From: Thermodesulfobacteriota bacterium
Lineage (GTDB): Bacteria > Desulfobacterota > Desulfobacteria > Desulfobacterales > C00003060
DNA length: 64,000 nucleotides
Assembly (NCBI GenBank): GCA_034189385.1
Contig: JAXHVD010000002.1
Coordinates: 64,001 to 128,000 of the forward strand
Direction of reading: 5' to 3'
The position numbers were made by a program, and so were the translations under genes. This document shows positions 50,503-59,476 of this stretch, piece after piece; position 1 is the first letter of the stretch, and each line of letters begins with the position of its first letter. The notes beneath the pieces were generated by a model. That model made no database searches. It was not told where the DNA came from and saw only the letters and a program-made list of their open reading frames with translations.

Positions 50503-52954
50503 CTATTGTTCCAACAAGTTTTCTTAGAAAGTAGATGTTTGCCGAGCTTGCCCAATCCAGTTTTTCCAATCGGCCATTGAAGAAGAGGCCGTAGTCTGAA
50601 ATTGCCGTCAATGTGCCTTTTCCAACCTTGCGCTCCACGACAACAGGGTATTTCTCCTTAAATGCCGTACAAAGGATCTCTTCCTCTTTTAGCCCATCCA
50701 CTGCCATTGGATTGGCATTGTACATGAGGATCCCTTCACTGTTGTTTTCAGGGGCAACGGCCCCCAGTGGCGTTGATAGTATTTCCAGTCCATATGATTT
50801 GAGAAAATCCTTTGTCCCATGAGCACAGCGGTCCCCTGACAGCATGACAAGTTGTGCCCCCCTTTTCATGAATTCATCAAGCATACGGCATTCATCCTTG
50901 GAGTATGGTTTTGTCGTGGCCATGCTCATCATTAAGAGGGATTTTTCCAGAGCTCTCTCGTTGAATTGCTTCCAAGCCATGGGGATAAAGCCATTGCGTA
51001 CGAGGCTGTCTACCAAATATGTGTCTCCATCATCCTTGGCATAGCCTTCATGATCGCAAAGGGACATATGGGCATGATCGAGGTATGCAATAGGCCCGGT
51101 GTAGTCATGGTCTTTGTAGCATAAGTGCAACGCCCATTCTCCCATGATAATAGCTGCACTAACGGACAGGATCACCACAGTGACTATGGCAATAGACTGT
51201 TTTTTCCATGGTCCCACCCACAGCGCAAGACCCAGAACCAAGACGAGCACCAAGCCCCAGGGAAGGCCAACGGATTTTCCGTGAACCGCCCACCTGAAAA
51301 GATCAGAGACGTAGCGGTGGCAATAGGGTAGGGAGCCCATCTGTAGCAAGGCTGTGTCTCCAAAGACAATGACTTTGCCGTCTTCCAGTTTAGACTCTGC
51401 TGCCAAAACAATATCGCCAAGGGGTTCGTCTAGGTCGTATATTCGATCGCCGAGGTAGTTCTCTGATAAGGCGTTGGCCCTATCCCCGTCGTCTGAGAAG
51501 CCGTATCTGGCAATAAGAAAAGGGGTCGCTCTATGATTTAAGAGGCGCAATGAGGCGCCCACTGATACTCCCATGCCATCTTTGTCCCAGTCTTTTCTGT
51601 TTATGGGGTGTGGGCGCGTCAAGAAGGCATCGTTCCAGTAGTTGTTTAGAAAATGAGCAGAATCGAAGTTAATGCGGATGGGAACCTCTGACAGTAACTC
51701 ATTAGATCCTTTCATCAAGCCAGACATATCTGTATGATCGGCGAACACCATCAGTGTGCCGCCTTGTCTGACATAGTCATTTAGAATGGAATAGTCTTCT
51801 TCTTTCCATTTCTCGTTGAAGTTCATGACCACAAAGACATCTGCATTTGTTAACATTGCCTTTGATACTTGCCTTGTCAGTTTGACACGAAATCCGAAGC
51901 TTTCAAGGAAATCGGGAAGGACGCAGAAAAGCCCCGGTCTGTTGGTGGTACCAAGCTGTTCAAAGTTTGGTTTGTTCCAGGTCGTGATGCCTCCTTGATA
52001 GAGGACTAGACGACCACTATAGTCTCCTGCCGGCCACTGAGATGTCACATAGGAAACGGTAACCAACAACAACCAGAGGGCTGCAGTTCCAAGGATCATC
52101 TTTTTGCTCGCTCTGTGGGATTTCACTGCCTGCCCTGCGTCAGGTCTTGACGTGCCATGAAGAAAAAAATGGATGATCAAACACTCCATGACAAAGAGTA
52201 TGGGTGTAAAATCCAGGGCGGTGAACCCCTGTTCGGCCATGACGTCCCACGACATGGCTGCTGATCTTCGTTGCGTCATAACATAGGCCAACCATGCCAG
52301 GGATAGAGCCCCAAAATGGTTTACAGACAGCAGCACCACACTGACAACGACACCCCTTTTCCATAATTGGCGGAGCCAAGGGGAAATGCGAATCCACGTA
52401 TAGATGGTGCAGATCGCTAATCCCCACATGCCCATGGCAGTGGGGCCCAATTTCAGAGAAAGGCCAAAGATCCTACCCAGAAGATAGGACGCCTTCCTTG
52501 CGTATCCCTCTATGAAGAACCAGGCCGTTGGAGACAATTCTGCGGCAAGGCTCAATACAAAGTAGGTAAACAGCGTCCACATGATGGCTAGGCGAGCACC
52601 TCTGTGTCTGGGGGCAGCCCTTGGAATTGAAAGGATTAAGGTAAGTAGTGCCAGAAGATATGCCTGGGCCACAATAGGCTTGGTTTGTGGTTCAAGCCGA
52701 GACAAGACGAACAAGAAAGACAAGACAATGAATAGCCAGGACAGTCTTTGGTATGGGGCCTCTTTATCCATCTGACTGGCAGTGACCATTGCCACTGCCA
52801 GGAGAGAGAACAAGACAAGAAGTGCATTTGCCAGGGGCGAAACTCTGAGAATGCTTCCGGATGTGAGCAACACAGCAAAGGAGCTTAACCCAAATAGGAG
52901 TGTATTCGTCACTGCACGTCTCCAGAAGTCACATTGATCAGAAGAGGTCTGCAT
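50492..52954 (-). CDS. Paralogous polytopic membrane protein with two GIFT/DUF4350-like domains
   Basis: About 9 TM, then YVRQGGTLMVFADHTD...GKVIVFGD, 2 TM, then AYLDHAH...GKGTLTAISD; overlaps the next gene by 11 nt. Confidence 0.7.
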   Translation of the reverse strand: MQTSSDQCDFWRRAVTNTLLFGLSSFAVLLTSGSILRVSPLANALLVLFSLLAVAMVTASQMDKEAPYQRLSWLFIVLSFLFVLSRLEPQTKPIVAQAYLLALLTLILSIPRAAPRHRGARLAIMWTLFTYFVLSLAAELSPTAWFFIEGYARKASYLLGRIFGLSLKLGPTAMGMWGLAICTIYTWIRISPWLRQLWKRGVVVSVVLLSVNHFGALSLAWLAYVMTQRRSAAMSWDVMAEQGFTALDFTPILFVMECLIIHFFLHGTSRPDAGQAVKSHRASKKMILGTAALWLLLVTVSYVTSQWPAGDYSGRLVLYQGGITTWNKPNFEQLGTTNRPGLFCVLPDFLESFGFRVKLTRQVSKAMLTNADVFVVMNFNEKWKEEDYSILNDYVRQGGTLMVFADHTDMSGLMKGSNELLSEVPIRINFDSAHFLNNYWNDAFLTRPHPINRKDWDKDGMGVSVGASLRLLNHRATPFLIARYGFSDDGDRANALSENYLGDRIYDLDEPLGDIVLAAESKLEDGKVIVFGDTALLQMGSLPYCHRYVSDLFRWAVHGKSVGLPWGLVLVLVLGLALWVGPWKKQSIAIVTVVILSVSAAIIMGEWALHLCYKDHDYTGPIAYLDHAHMSLCDHEGYAKDDGDTYLVDSLVRNGFIPMAWKQFNERALEKSLLMMSMATTKPYSKDECRMLDEFMKRGAQLVMLSGDRCAHGTKDFLKSYGLEILSTPLGAVAPENNSEGILMYNANPMAVDGLKEEEILCTAFKEKYPVVVERKVGKGTLTAISDYGLFFNGRLEKLDWASSANIYFLRKLVGTIDED

Positions 52955-53127
52955 GAGCTGACCGTGGATTTCTGTTCTCTGCTATCATAAATGGTGGCAT
53001 GTTGCCAACACAGGGATTTCAAGGGGCCTTTAAACATGTTATGATACTGCGTCGCAAACAGGGCCTGAAAAGTGATTTGCTCCGGTGCCCATGTTCAAAT
53101 CAGTGCAAAAGGAGGACACCCCTGGCC

Positions 53128-53466
53128 ATGCAGGCACAAGAAATCAAAGCCATATCCAGCGAAAAGTACCTGGGTGAGATCATAGACTCGGGCTGGTCCA
53201 TGGTTGGTCCTAGAAAGGATCCAGACAAGAATTTGCGTTCAGCGAAGAACTTCTTTAAACGGGACATTGCCTTCGTCCCAGAACATGTCTTGAAGGCCGA
53301 CGGTTTCAAGATCGTTCCGCCCAGCAGTTTCACGCGGGGCCATCAGCTCATGTACAAGGACGACGGGAAACTGATCCGCTACACCAAGAGCCAGTACACG
53401 CTTACTTCTGGGGAATCTGAGGTCCCTCTCTATGTTTTTTTAAGGGAGGATGAAACGGACCTGTAG
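53128..53466 (+). CDS. Hypothetical protein (112 aa)
   Basis: AGGAGG upstream of ATG at 53128; protein-like composition. Confidence 0.6.
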   Translation: MQAQEIKAISSEKYLGEIIDSGWSMVGPRKDPDKNLRSAKNFFKRDIAFVPEHVLKADGFKIVPPSSFTRGHQLMYKDDGKLIRYTKSQYTLTSGESEVPLYVFLREDETDL

Positions 53467-53558
53467 GGCGAGATCGTTGTAAGAACTCCTAGATTCTCTA
53501 AGGCGTTTGTCTGCCCTGCCAACAACCATATAGCCGATAAGACAACCTGGTTTTACCC

Positions 53559-54443
53559 ATGCCGCTAGACATAAGAGACGCCCCATACCTGAATCACGAT
53601 GATATATTGGACCTGAATTTCATCAAGGACCCAGGAGTGTATGTTTTCAGGAGGCATTATCGCCAAGGATTGCGCTCCCATATCATGGAGATATTGAGCC
53701 CCCAGGCAGTGGCAAACGAAACACGGGGGGTCTATTTAGAGGGATCGATGCGATATCCAAAGGCTGAGCCCTCTAAGATGTTAAGGTTGTTTAGAGCCAG
53801 ATTCAACAGCCTCAAAGAGGCTAAAGAAGAGTTGACAAGGGTTAAACTCATAATGGCCTACCTTGCTCCTGATCATCTGGGAAGGCCTGAAGAATTCCTC
53901 GTCGATTATTCGCTATCTGGCCAAGGGGAGATCCTTCTTTGCGGTCTCCAGGAATATGTGCACGGTGAGGTCCTGGATCCTTGGAGTCTCCTGAATAGGA
54001 ACCATCTGGTGTCCATGCTAAACGACATGGGCTGTGATGGGGCCGGCGAGGCAGGCAGAGAAGGCGACCAATGGGCCCATTGCGTGCGGGAAAAGGCGGC
54101 CAGCCTTGTACAAAAGCTCAAAGAGATGATCATGGAGGCCCATCACGTACCGGATCTTGCGGGCATAGGAAATCTGATACTTACCCGGAACGGAGACATC
54201 AAACTTGTGGACATCAACAACATCTCCAGGGTTTTTTTTGACACGACTATCAGTCTCGATGACAGGGGGTATCCGGTCTGCGACAAATCGATTCAGGCCC
54301 TCTCCCTTCTTGAGAAGAAACTCCTTGGGAGGTCTTTAGGTAAAGATCACCCTATCTATGGGGTATTCCTTGATCCTGAAAGGATGAAAAACGTTGACGC
54401 GGCAGAAAATGCCTTCTACCTTTCTATGGAGACAAAGAAGTAA
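53559..54443 (+). CDS. Hypothetical protein with protein-kinase-like fold motifs
   Basis: LQEYVHGEVL hinge, PDLAGIGNL catalytic-loop-like, IKLVD(INN) DFG-like. Confidence 0.6.
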   Translation: MPLDIRDAPYLNHDDILDLNFIKDPGVYVFRRHYRQGLRSHIMEILSPQAVANETRGVYLEGSMRYPKAEPSKMLRLFRARFNSLKEAKEELTRVKLIMAYLAPDHLGRPEEFLVDYSLSGQGEILLCGLQEYVHGEVLDPWSLLNRNHLVSMLNDMGCDGAGEAGREGDQWAHCVREKAASLVQKLKEMIMEAHHVPDLAGIGNLILTRNGDIKLVDINNISRVFFDTTISLDDRGYPVCDKSIQALSLLEKKLLGRSLGKDHPIYGVFLDPERMKNVDAAENAFYLSMETKK

Positions 54444-54594
54444 GACTCTGGACAATCCGTAGCTGCAGCCCTTTTCTCAGCCGGAAAATGGATAAACACC
54501 TTGCACTATCAACTCGTGGTGACAGGGATTCCGTTTTTGATGCCAGCCACAACCGGTCTCATGCCACATTCTGATTGATCCATCATGAGTCAGC

Positions 54595-57246
54595 CTAGAG
54601 AAGGGCGTGTAACTTCCGCAATACCCCTTCGTATTCGTCTCTGCGGAAGCAGAAGTGCAGTTCCGAGAACCTTTCCCGCAAGGCCTTGACCTGATCGGTG
54701 ACATGGGCATTGTTCATGACCACGTCATGAATCAGGCCTGCCAGGGTCTGAAAATCTTCTTCCCGCATACCGAAGCGTGTCATTTCCGAAACGCCCATCC
54801 TGAGCGCCCCTGATGCAGTAAACCCCTCTTCATCTGTGTTCGCCTGGTAGTTGCAGATGATGTTGTTCGCTTCCAGGCGCCTTGCCATTTCAGGGCCGTG
54901 ACTGTAACCTACATCTATGACTACCTGGTGGGTCTCCGTAAAGTCTATGGCCGGATCACCTGCCACATCCAGCCCTGCATCCCTTAGGGCCCGGGCAAAG
55001 GCCTTGGCATTTGAAATGACCTGGGGTTGGTATTGGCCCTTAAAGTAATTCATCTCATACGTGGCCATGAGAAGCCCTACTACAGTGCCGAGGTGGTGGT
55101 TGGAGACAGATCCAGGAAAGGCACGGCGAAGGAGGGACTCCCACAGTTCATATTCCTCTTCGTTTTCTTTAAATCGACTACCCACAACACCACGTTGGGT
55201 CCCGAAAAAAGTTTTGTGGGTCGACCCAGTGACCAGATCAGCACCTTCCACAAAGGGTTCCTGAAAGTGAGGACCAAGGAGCCCCAGTACATGGGCCATG
55301 TCGTACATGACCATGGCACGGATGCCTTGCCTGTCCAGGAACTGGCGAATCTCCGCCACCGGCTCCTTGTGAAGGACCATGCTCTTTCCAAATATGATCA
55401 ATTCAGGTCGGTACTCCTCTATCAATTCCAGTGTGGCTGGGACATCGGTTTTAAAAGGGTTGTCAGGCAATACAGGGAACTTCACAACGGCCGGACGCTC
55501 TGTGCGGGGATTGCGGGCCACGAAGTCCTTAAGAGCTCCCATGGGCTGAGCACTCAGGTGCCCCCCCTTGCCGATGTGACTATTCATGACGTGGTGAATA
55601 CGCCGCGGCTCCACCTTTCGGTCCGTACGATTGATATAATCCACCATGGCGCTGAAGACGGCCGTGTTGGCCATCTGCCCGCTTACTAGGCGCAATTCCA
55701 CATTTTCGCAGCCCAGGTATGCCAGCATTTCCTGTTCCAACATCCGCTCGACCTCGTCGATGAAACCGGTCCCCTGGTAATAGAAGATCTCGGCATCATA
55801 GAAGGCCTTGGCCTTTTTGTGCTCGGCATAACGAAAGGCCGGGTCCATGACCGAGACCAACCGCGCCATAGGAGAAGGCGTCATCTCAGAGGGGATGAGA
55901 TTGATACACTCCCGTTGTCTCCAGAGGGTGTTTTCCAAGGTTTTTCCCAGCAGCCTTTCCACTTTGGCAGATGTATCCCCTGTGGGAAGCTCCTTGGCAG
56001 GCAGCTCGAAGTCGAAGAGGATGGGACGGACATAGGGCGGCGCATCTCCACGCATGTGAAAGGGCACCACCACGGCGTCTACCAACTTGCCCCTGATTTC
56101 TATGGTCAGCTTATCCTCTTCGATGATGTCACTGTCTAAGTATCCCAGACAGATGGAGCGGAGCTGACGTTGGTCTGTCTGCGCAGATTCAAGTCCCTCG
56201 CCCTCCACAGTCCACATGGGAACCATGGTACCGCTGGTGACGTAACCGACGTGCTTGTCCTGTTTAAAGACCTTGGCGCCTTCACGGGCGATCCCTCGGC
56301 CTGACACGGCGATGGGCTGGCTGATACGGGGAAGATCTTGGTTAAGGGAATAGTCGCGCCTCATGATTCTCTTAAAGGCCTCGTGCTGCCTGGTGAGTTC
56401 CTTGCGACCTAAGAACTCCCCCTTAAGGGGGGAGAGACTTACAGCAAACTTGGCAAGAGGACAGGCAAATATGGGGATTTCTTTGCCCTCCGGGTCTTCA
56501 CCCAATTCATGTCCGTAAAGCGGAAGGGCCGCCTCTAGCCTGAGCGTATCCCTGGCGCCCAGTCCGATGGGAGTCGCCCCTTTTGACAGGATCAGGTCCC
56601 ACAGCATGGGACCGTCTGCTCGGTCGGCGAAGAGCTCAAAGCAGATCGGCTCCCCTGTATAGCCGGTGCGGGAGACCTTGACCGTGGCACCTGCGATGGT
56701 CACCATGCCTACAGTGTTTCGCATGGGTTCCGGCAGTTGGCCGGACTCCACGATCTCTTGCATCACGTGACGGGACATGGGCCCCTGGAAGGCCAGCATG
56801 GCGATTTCCTTGGTGCGATCAATCAGTTCAACGTCGTCGAACTCCTTTAAGAGCGGCTGGAAGTGGTTCCAGGCCTTCTCACGGTTGGAGCCGTTTACCA
56901 CCAGAAGATATTCGTCCTCCACAAAGCGATAGAGGTAGGCGTCGTCCACAGCGCCGCCCGTTTCGTTGGGAATCATGGTATACTGAGCGCCCGTCTCCCT
57001 GATGTCCAGGGCTTCGGCGTTATTGGTCAAGACATGTTGAAGAAACCTCAATGCCCCATCCCCGCGGACGATGAATCGGCCCATGTGGGAAACGTCAAAA
57101 AGCCCTCCGCTCTTGCGCGTGGCAAGATGCTCCTCCACGATACCGCTAGGATAGAAAATGGGCATTTCCCAGCCCACAAATTCTACTATCTTGGCGCCCA
57201 AGGCCACGTGTTGGTCATAGAAAACGGTTCTTAGAAGTTCGCTCAT
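54595..57246 (-). CDS. gcvT: Fused glycine cleavage T protein and serine hydroxymethyltransferase (GcvT-GlyA)
   Basis: N-half: FDVSHMG, RTGYTGE, GLGARDTLRLEA. C-half: NLIPSE, GGHLS, YDMAH, STHKT (PLP Lys), VSNHH, LRMG. Confidence 0.9.
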   Translation of the reverse strand: MSELLRTVFYDQHVALGAKIVEFVGWEMPIFYPSGIVEEHLATRKSGGLFDVSHMGRFIVRGDGALRFLQHVLTNNAEALDIRETGAQYTMIPNETGGAVDDAYLYRFVEDEYLLVVNGSNREKAWNHFQPLLKEFDDVELIDRTKEIAMLAFQGPMSRHVMQEIVESGQLPEPMRNTVGMVTIAGATVKVSRTGYTGEPICFELFADRADGPMLWDLILSKGATPIGLGARDTLRLEAALPLYGHELGEDPEGKEIPIFACPLAKFAVSLSPLKGEFLGRKELTRQHEAFKRIMRRDYSLNQDLPRISQPIAVSGRGIAREGAKVFKQDKHVGYVTSGTMVPMWTVEGEGLESAQTDQRQLRSICLGYLDSDIIEEDKLTIEIRGKLVDAVVVPFHMRGDAPPYVRPILFDFELPAKELPTGDTSAKVERLLGKTLENTLWRQRECINLIPSEMTPSPMARLVSVMDPAFRYAEHKKAKAFYDAEIFYYQGTGFIDEVERMLEQEMLAYLGCENVELRLVSGQMANTAVFSAMVDYINRTDRKVEPRRIHHVMNSHIGKGGHLSAQPMGALKDFVARNPRTERPAVVKFPVLPDNPFKTDVPATLELIEEYRPELIIFGKSMVLHKEPVAEIRQFLDRQGIRAMVMYDMAHVLGLLGPHFQEPFVEGADLVTGSTHKTFFGTQRGVVGSRFKENEEEYELWESLLRRAFPGSVSNHHLGTVVGLLMATYEMNYFKGQYQPQVISNAKAFARALRDAGLDVAGDPAIDFTETHQVVIDVGYSHGPEMARRLEANNIICNYQANTDEEGFTASGALRMGVSEMTRFGMREEDFQTLAGLIHDVVMNNAHVTDQVKALRERFSELHFCFRRDEYEGVLRKLHALL

Positions 57247-57739
57247 GAATGGTCTCCTTTCCCTGTGAAAGGGCCGGATGGTATCAGGCTAGAAGGATTT
57301 CGTCAACTGAAGCCGGCCCTGCCAAGCAAGTGGATGTCTGGGATGAATCCACAATGAACAACCATGTCGCAATTGCATTCAGTGGTGTGATATGATAATC
57401 GCTAAACCCTTAGCCTTTGTGTGCCTTCCTGCATGGATCGGAGAATTCTAGCTCTCTTAAAGTGTGCCCTGTTCAGATGGTCGTTTCTGGATACTTGATG
57501 CCGGGTAAGCCTCGTCATTCGATCCAGACGTGTCCAGCGTCCACTTGATGGAAGGGCCGTGATCTCAGAGGGGATTCGGAAGCATCGAGTCAGGAGACGT
57601 TTCACTTAAAAAAACGTATCATTTTGGTGCTTTCAAAAGCTGTTTTACGAGGGAGATGGAGTCCGCCACGGCGGAGAAAAGGTTTTTTCAAAATGCTGAA
57701 CTCGTAAGAGAAAACAATATTGAAAGGGGAGGGATAGTC

Positions 57740-58144
57740 ATGAAAGAAATCAGTGAATTGAACCTACCGGATGATCTTCGCTATGCGCAAGATCACGAAT
57801 GGGCCAGGCTTGACGGCGACAAGGTTCGGGTCGGTCTTGACGACTATGCCCAGGATCAGTTGGGGGACATTGTATTTGTAGAGCTCCCCCAGGTAGGTGA
57901 CAGGTTCAAGAAGGGTGACGAGTTTGCCACGGTGGAATCTGTCAAGGCTGTGTGCGAGTGTTACTTGCCTGTGAGCGGGGAGATCATGGCGGTGAACACG
58001 GCTCTTGAAGAGGCGCCTGAACTGGTGAACAAAGACCCCTATGGTGAGGGATGGTTTGTGGAGGTGAAGCCTGACGATACCTCTGAGATGGACAGCCTTA
58101 TGTCCAATGTGGACTGCCTTGAGAAGCTGAAAGGAGCGGAGTAG
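57740..58144 (+). CDS. gcvH: Glycine cleavage system H protein
   Basis: HEWA, DYAQDQLGDIVFVELP, ESVKA (lipoyl Lys), PELVN.DPYG.GW. Confidence 0.96.
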   Translation: MKEISELNLPDDLRYAQDHEWARLDGDKVRVGLDDYAQDQLGDIVFVELPQVGDRFKKGDEFATVESVKAVCECYLPVSGEIMAVNTALEEAPELVNKDPYGEGWFVEVKPDDTSEMDSLMSNVDCLEKLKGAE

Positions 58145-59476
58145 ATGCGTTACTTGCCCCATACGACGGAAGACGTAGCTGCAATGCTTGATGTTGTGGG
58201 CGCTGACGATCTTGACGACCTCTTTTCCACGATCCCAGAGGATTGCGGTTTTAAAGGGCATCTCGATCTGCCCGAGGCATTGACAGAGTGGGAGCTAAAC
58301 GACCACATGAAAGGCCTTTCCGGGAACATGGCTGTCTCTCCGGCTTACAAGGTGTTTATGGGGGCGGGGAGTTACGAACACTTCATCCCTGCCTCCGTGT
58401 CCTATCTCTTGGGCCGATCAGAGTTTGTCACGTCCTATACCCCCTACCAGCCGGAAATGAGCCAGGGGACCCTCCAGGCGATCTATGAGTATCAGAGTCT
58501 TGCCGCCCGGCTTCTGGGCATGGAGGTGGCAACAGCGTCCCATTATGATGGGGCCGCGGCCTTGGCCGAGGCACTCTTGATGGCCGTCCGTGTGACCAAG
58601 AAGAAAAGGGTGGCGTTGTCCAGTCTCATTCATCCCCTTTACCGCCGCGTGGTTCGAACCTATTTTGAGCCCACCGGTTACGAAGTCACGGAACTGGGCT
58701 ATCTCCCAAACGGAACGACCGATCTGTCTGACTTGGACAGCATGGATGACCTTGCCGCCGTGGCCGTCCAGTCTCCTAATTTTTTGGGGTGCATTGAAGA
58801 CCTTGAGCCCATTGGTGAAAAGGCCCATGAAAAGAAAGCCCTCTTTATCGCCTCCTTTACAGAGGCCCTTGCCTATGGACTCTTAAAAAGCCCGGGGAGC
58901 CAAGGCGCAGACATCGTGGCAGGAGAAGGGCAGAGCCTGGGGATTCCCCGTTCCTTTGGCGGCCCGGCATTGGGCATGCTTGCCAGCAGCAAGAAGTACA
59001 TGCGTAGCCTGCCCGGTCGTCTCGTGGGCCTGACCAAGGACCTGGACGGAAAGAGGGGCTTTGTGCTGACCCTGGCAACGAGAGAGCAGCACATCCGACG
59101 GGAAAAGGCGACGTCAAACATCTGCACCAACAACAGCCTCTGTGCCCTGGCGGCTGCCATGTACATGGCCTCTGTGGGCGGGACAGGGATCCGGGAGCTT
59201 GCCCGGCTCAACCACGACAAGGCAGAGTATCTTAAAAGGGAGCTCAAGAAAAAGGGGTGTAACATTCCCTTTGAGAGTGCCACCTTTAACGAATTCGTTG
59301 TTAAATTTCCTGGAGACTTGGAGGGTGTGTATGATCGCCTTCTGGAGAAGAAGATAGTGGCAGGCCTTCCTCTAGGCCCTTACTATCCTGAACTTGCCAA
59401 CCACTTGCTTTTGTGCGTGACGGAAACCAGGACCAGGGAGGAGATGGACGCCCTGGTCCGGGAGGTGCAACAATGA
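58145..59476 (+). CDS. gcvPA: Glycine dehydrogenase subunit 1
   Basis: MRYLPHT, YTPYQPE.SQG.LQ, TREQHIRREKATSNICTN. Confidence 0.96.
   Translation: MRYLPHTTEDVAAMLDVVGADDLDDLFSTIPEDCGFKGHLDLPEALTEWELNDHMKGLSGNMAVSPAYKVFMGAGSYEHFIPASVSYLLGRSEFVTSYTPYQPEMSQGTLQAIYEYQSLAARLLGMEVATASHYDGAAALAEALLMAVRVTKKKRVALSSLIHPLYRRVVRTYFEPTGYEVTELGYLPNGTTDLSDLDSMDDLAAVAVQSPNFLGCIEDLEPIGEKAHEKKALFIASFTEALAYGLLKSPGSQGADIVAGEGQSLGIPRSFGGPALGMLASSKKYMRSLPGRLVGLTKDLDGKRGFVLTLATREQHIRREKATSNICTNNSLCALAAAMYMASVGGTGIRELARLNHDKAEYLKRELKKKGCNIPFESATFNEFVVKFPGDLEGVYDRLLEKKIVAGLPLGPYYPELANHLLLCVTETRTREEMDALVREVQQ

Noticed and set aside
57538..57602. Cobalamin-riboswitch-like fragments (CCACTTGATGGAAGG, GAGTCAGGAGAC)
   Set aside because: The conserved 5' core (AGGGAA-GGTG-AA-TCC, CCC-GC-ACTGT) is missing, so this is likely chance or a relic. 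An Infernal scan would decide.
57247..57739. Glycine riboswitch between gcvT-glyA and gcvH
   Set aside because: No GGAGA...CCGAAG...CTCTCAGG aptamer pattern was found on either strand.
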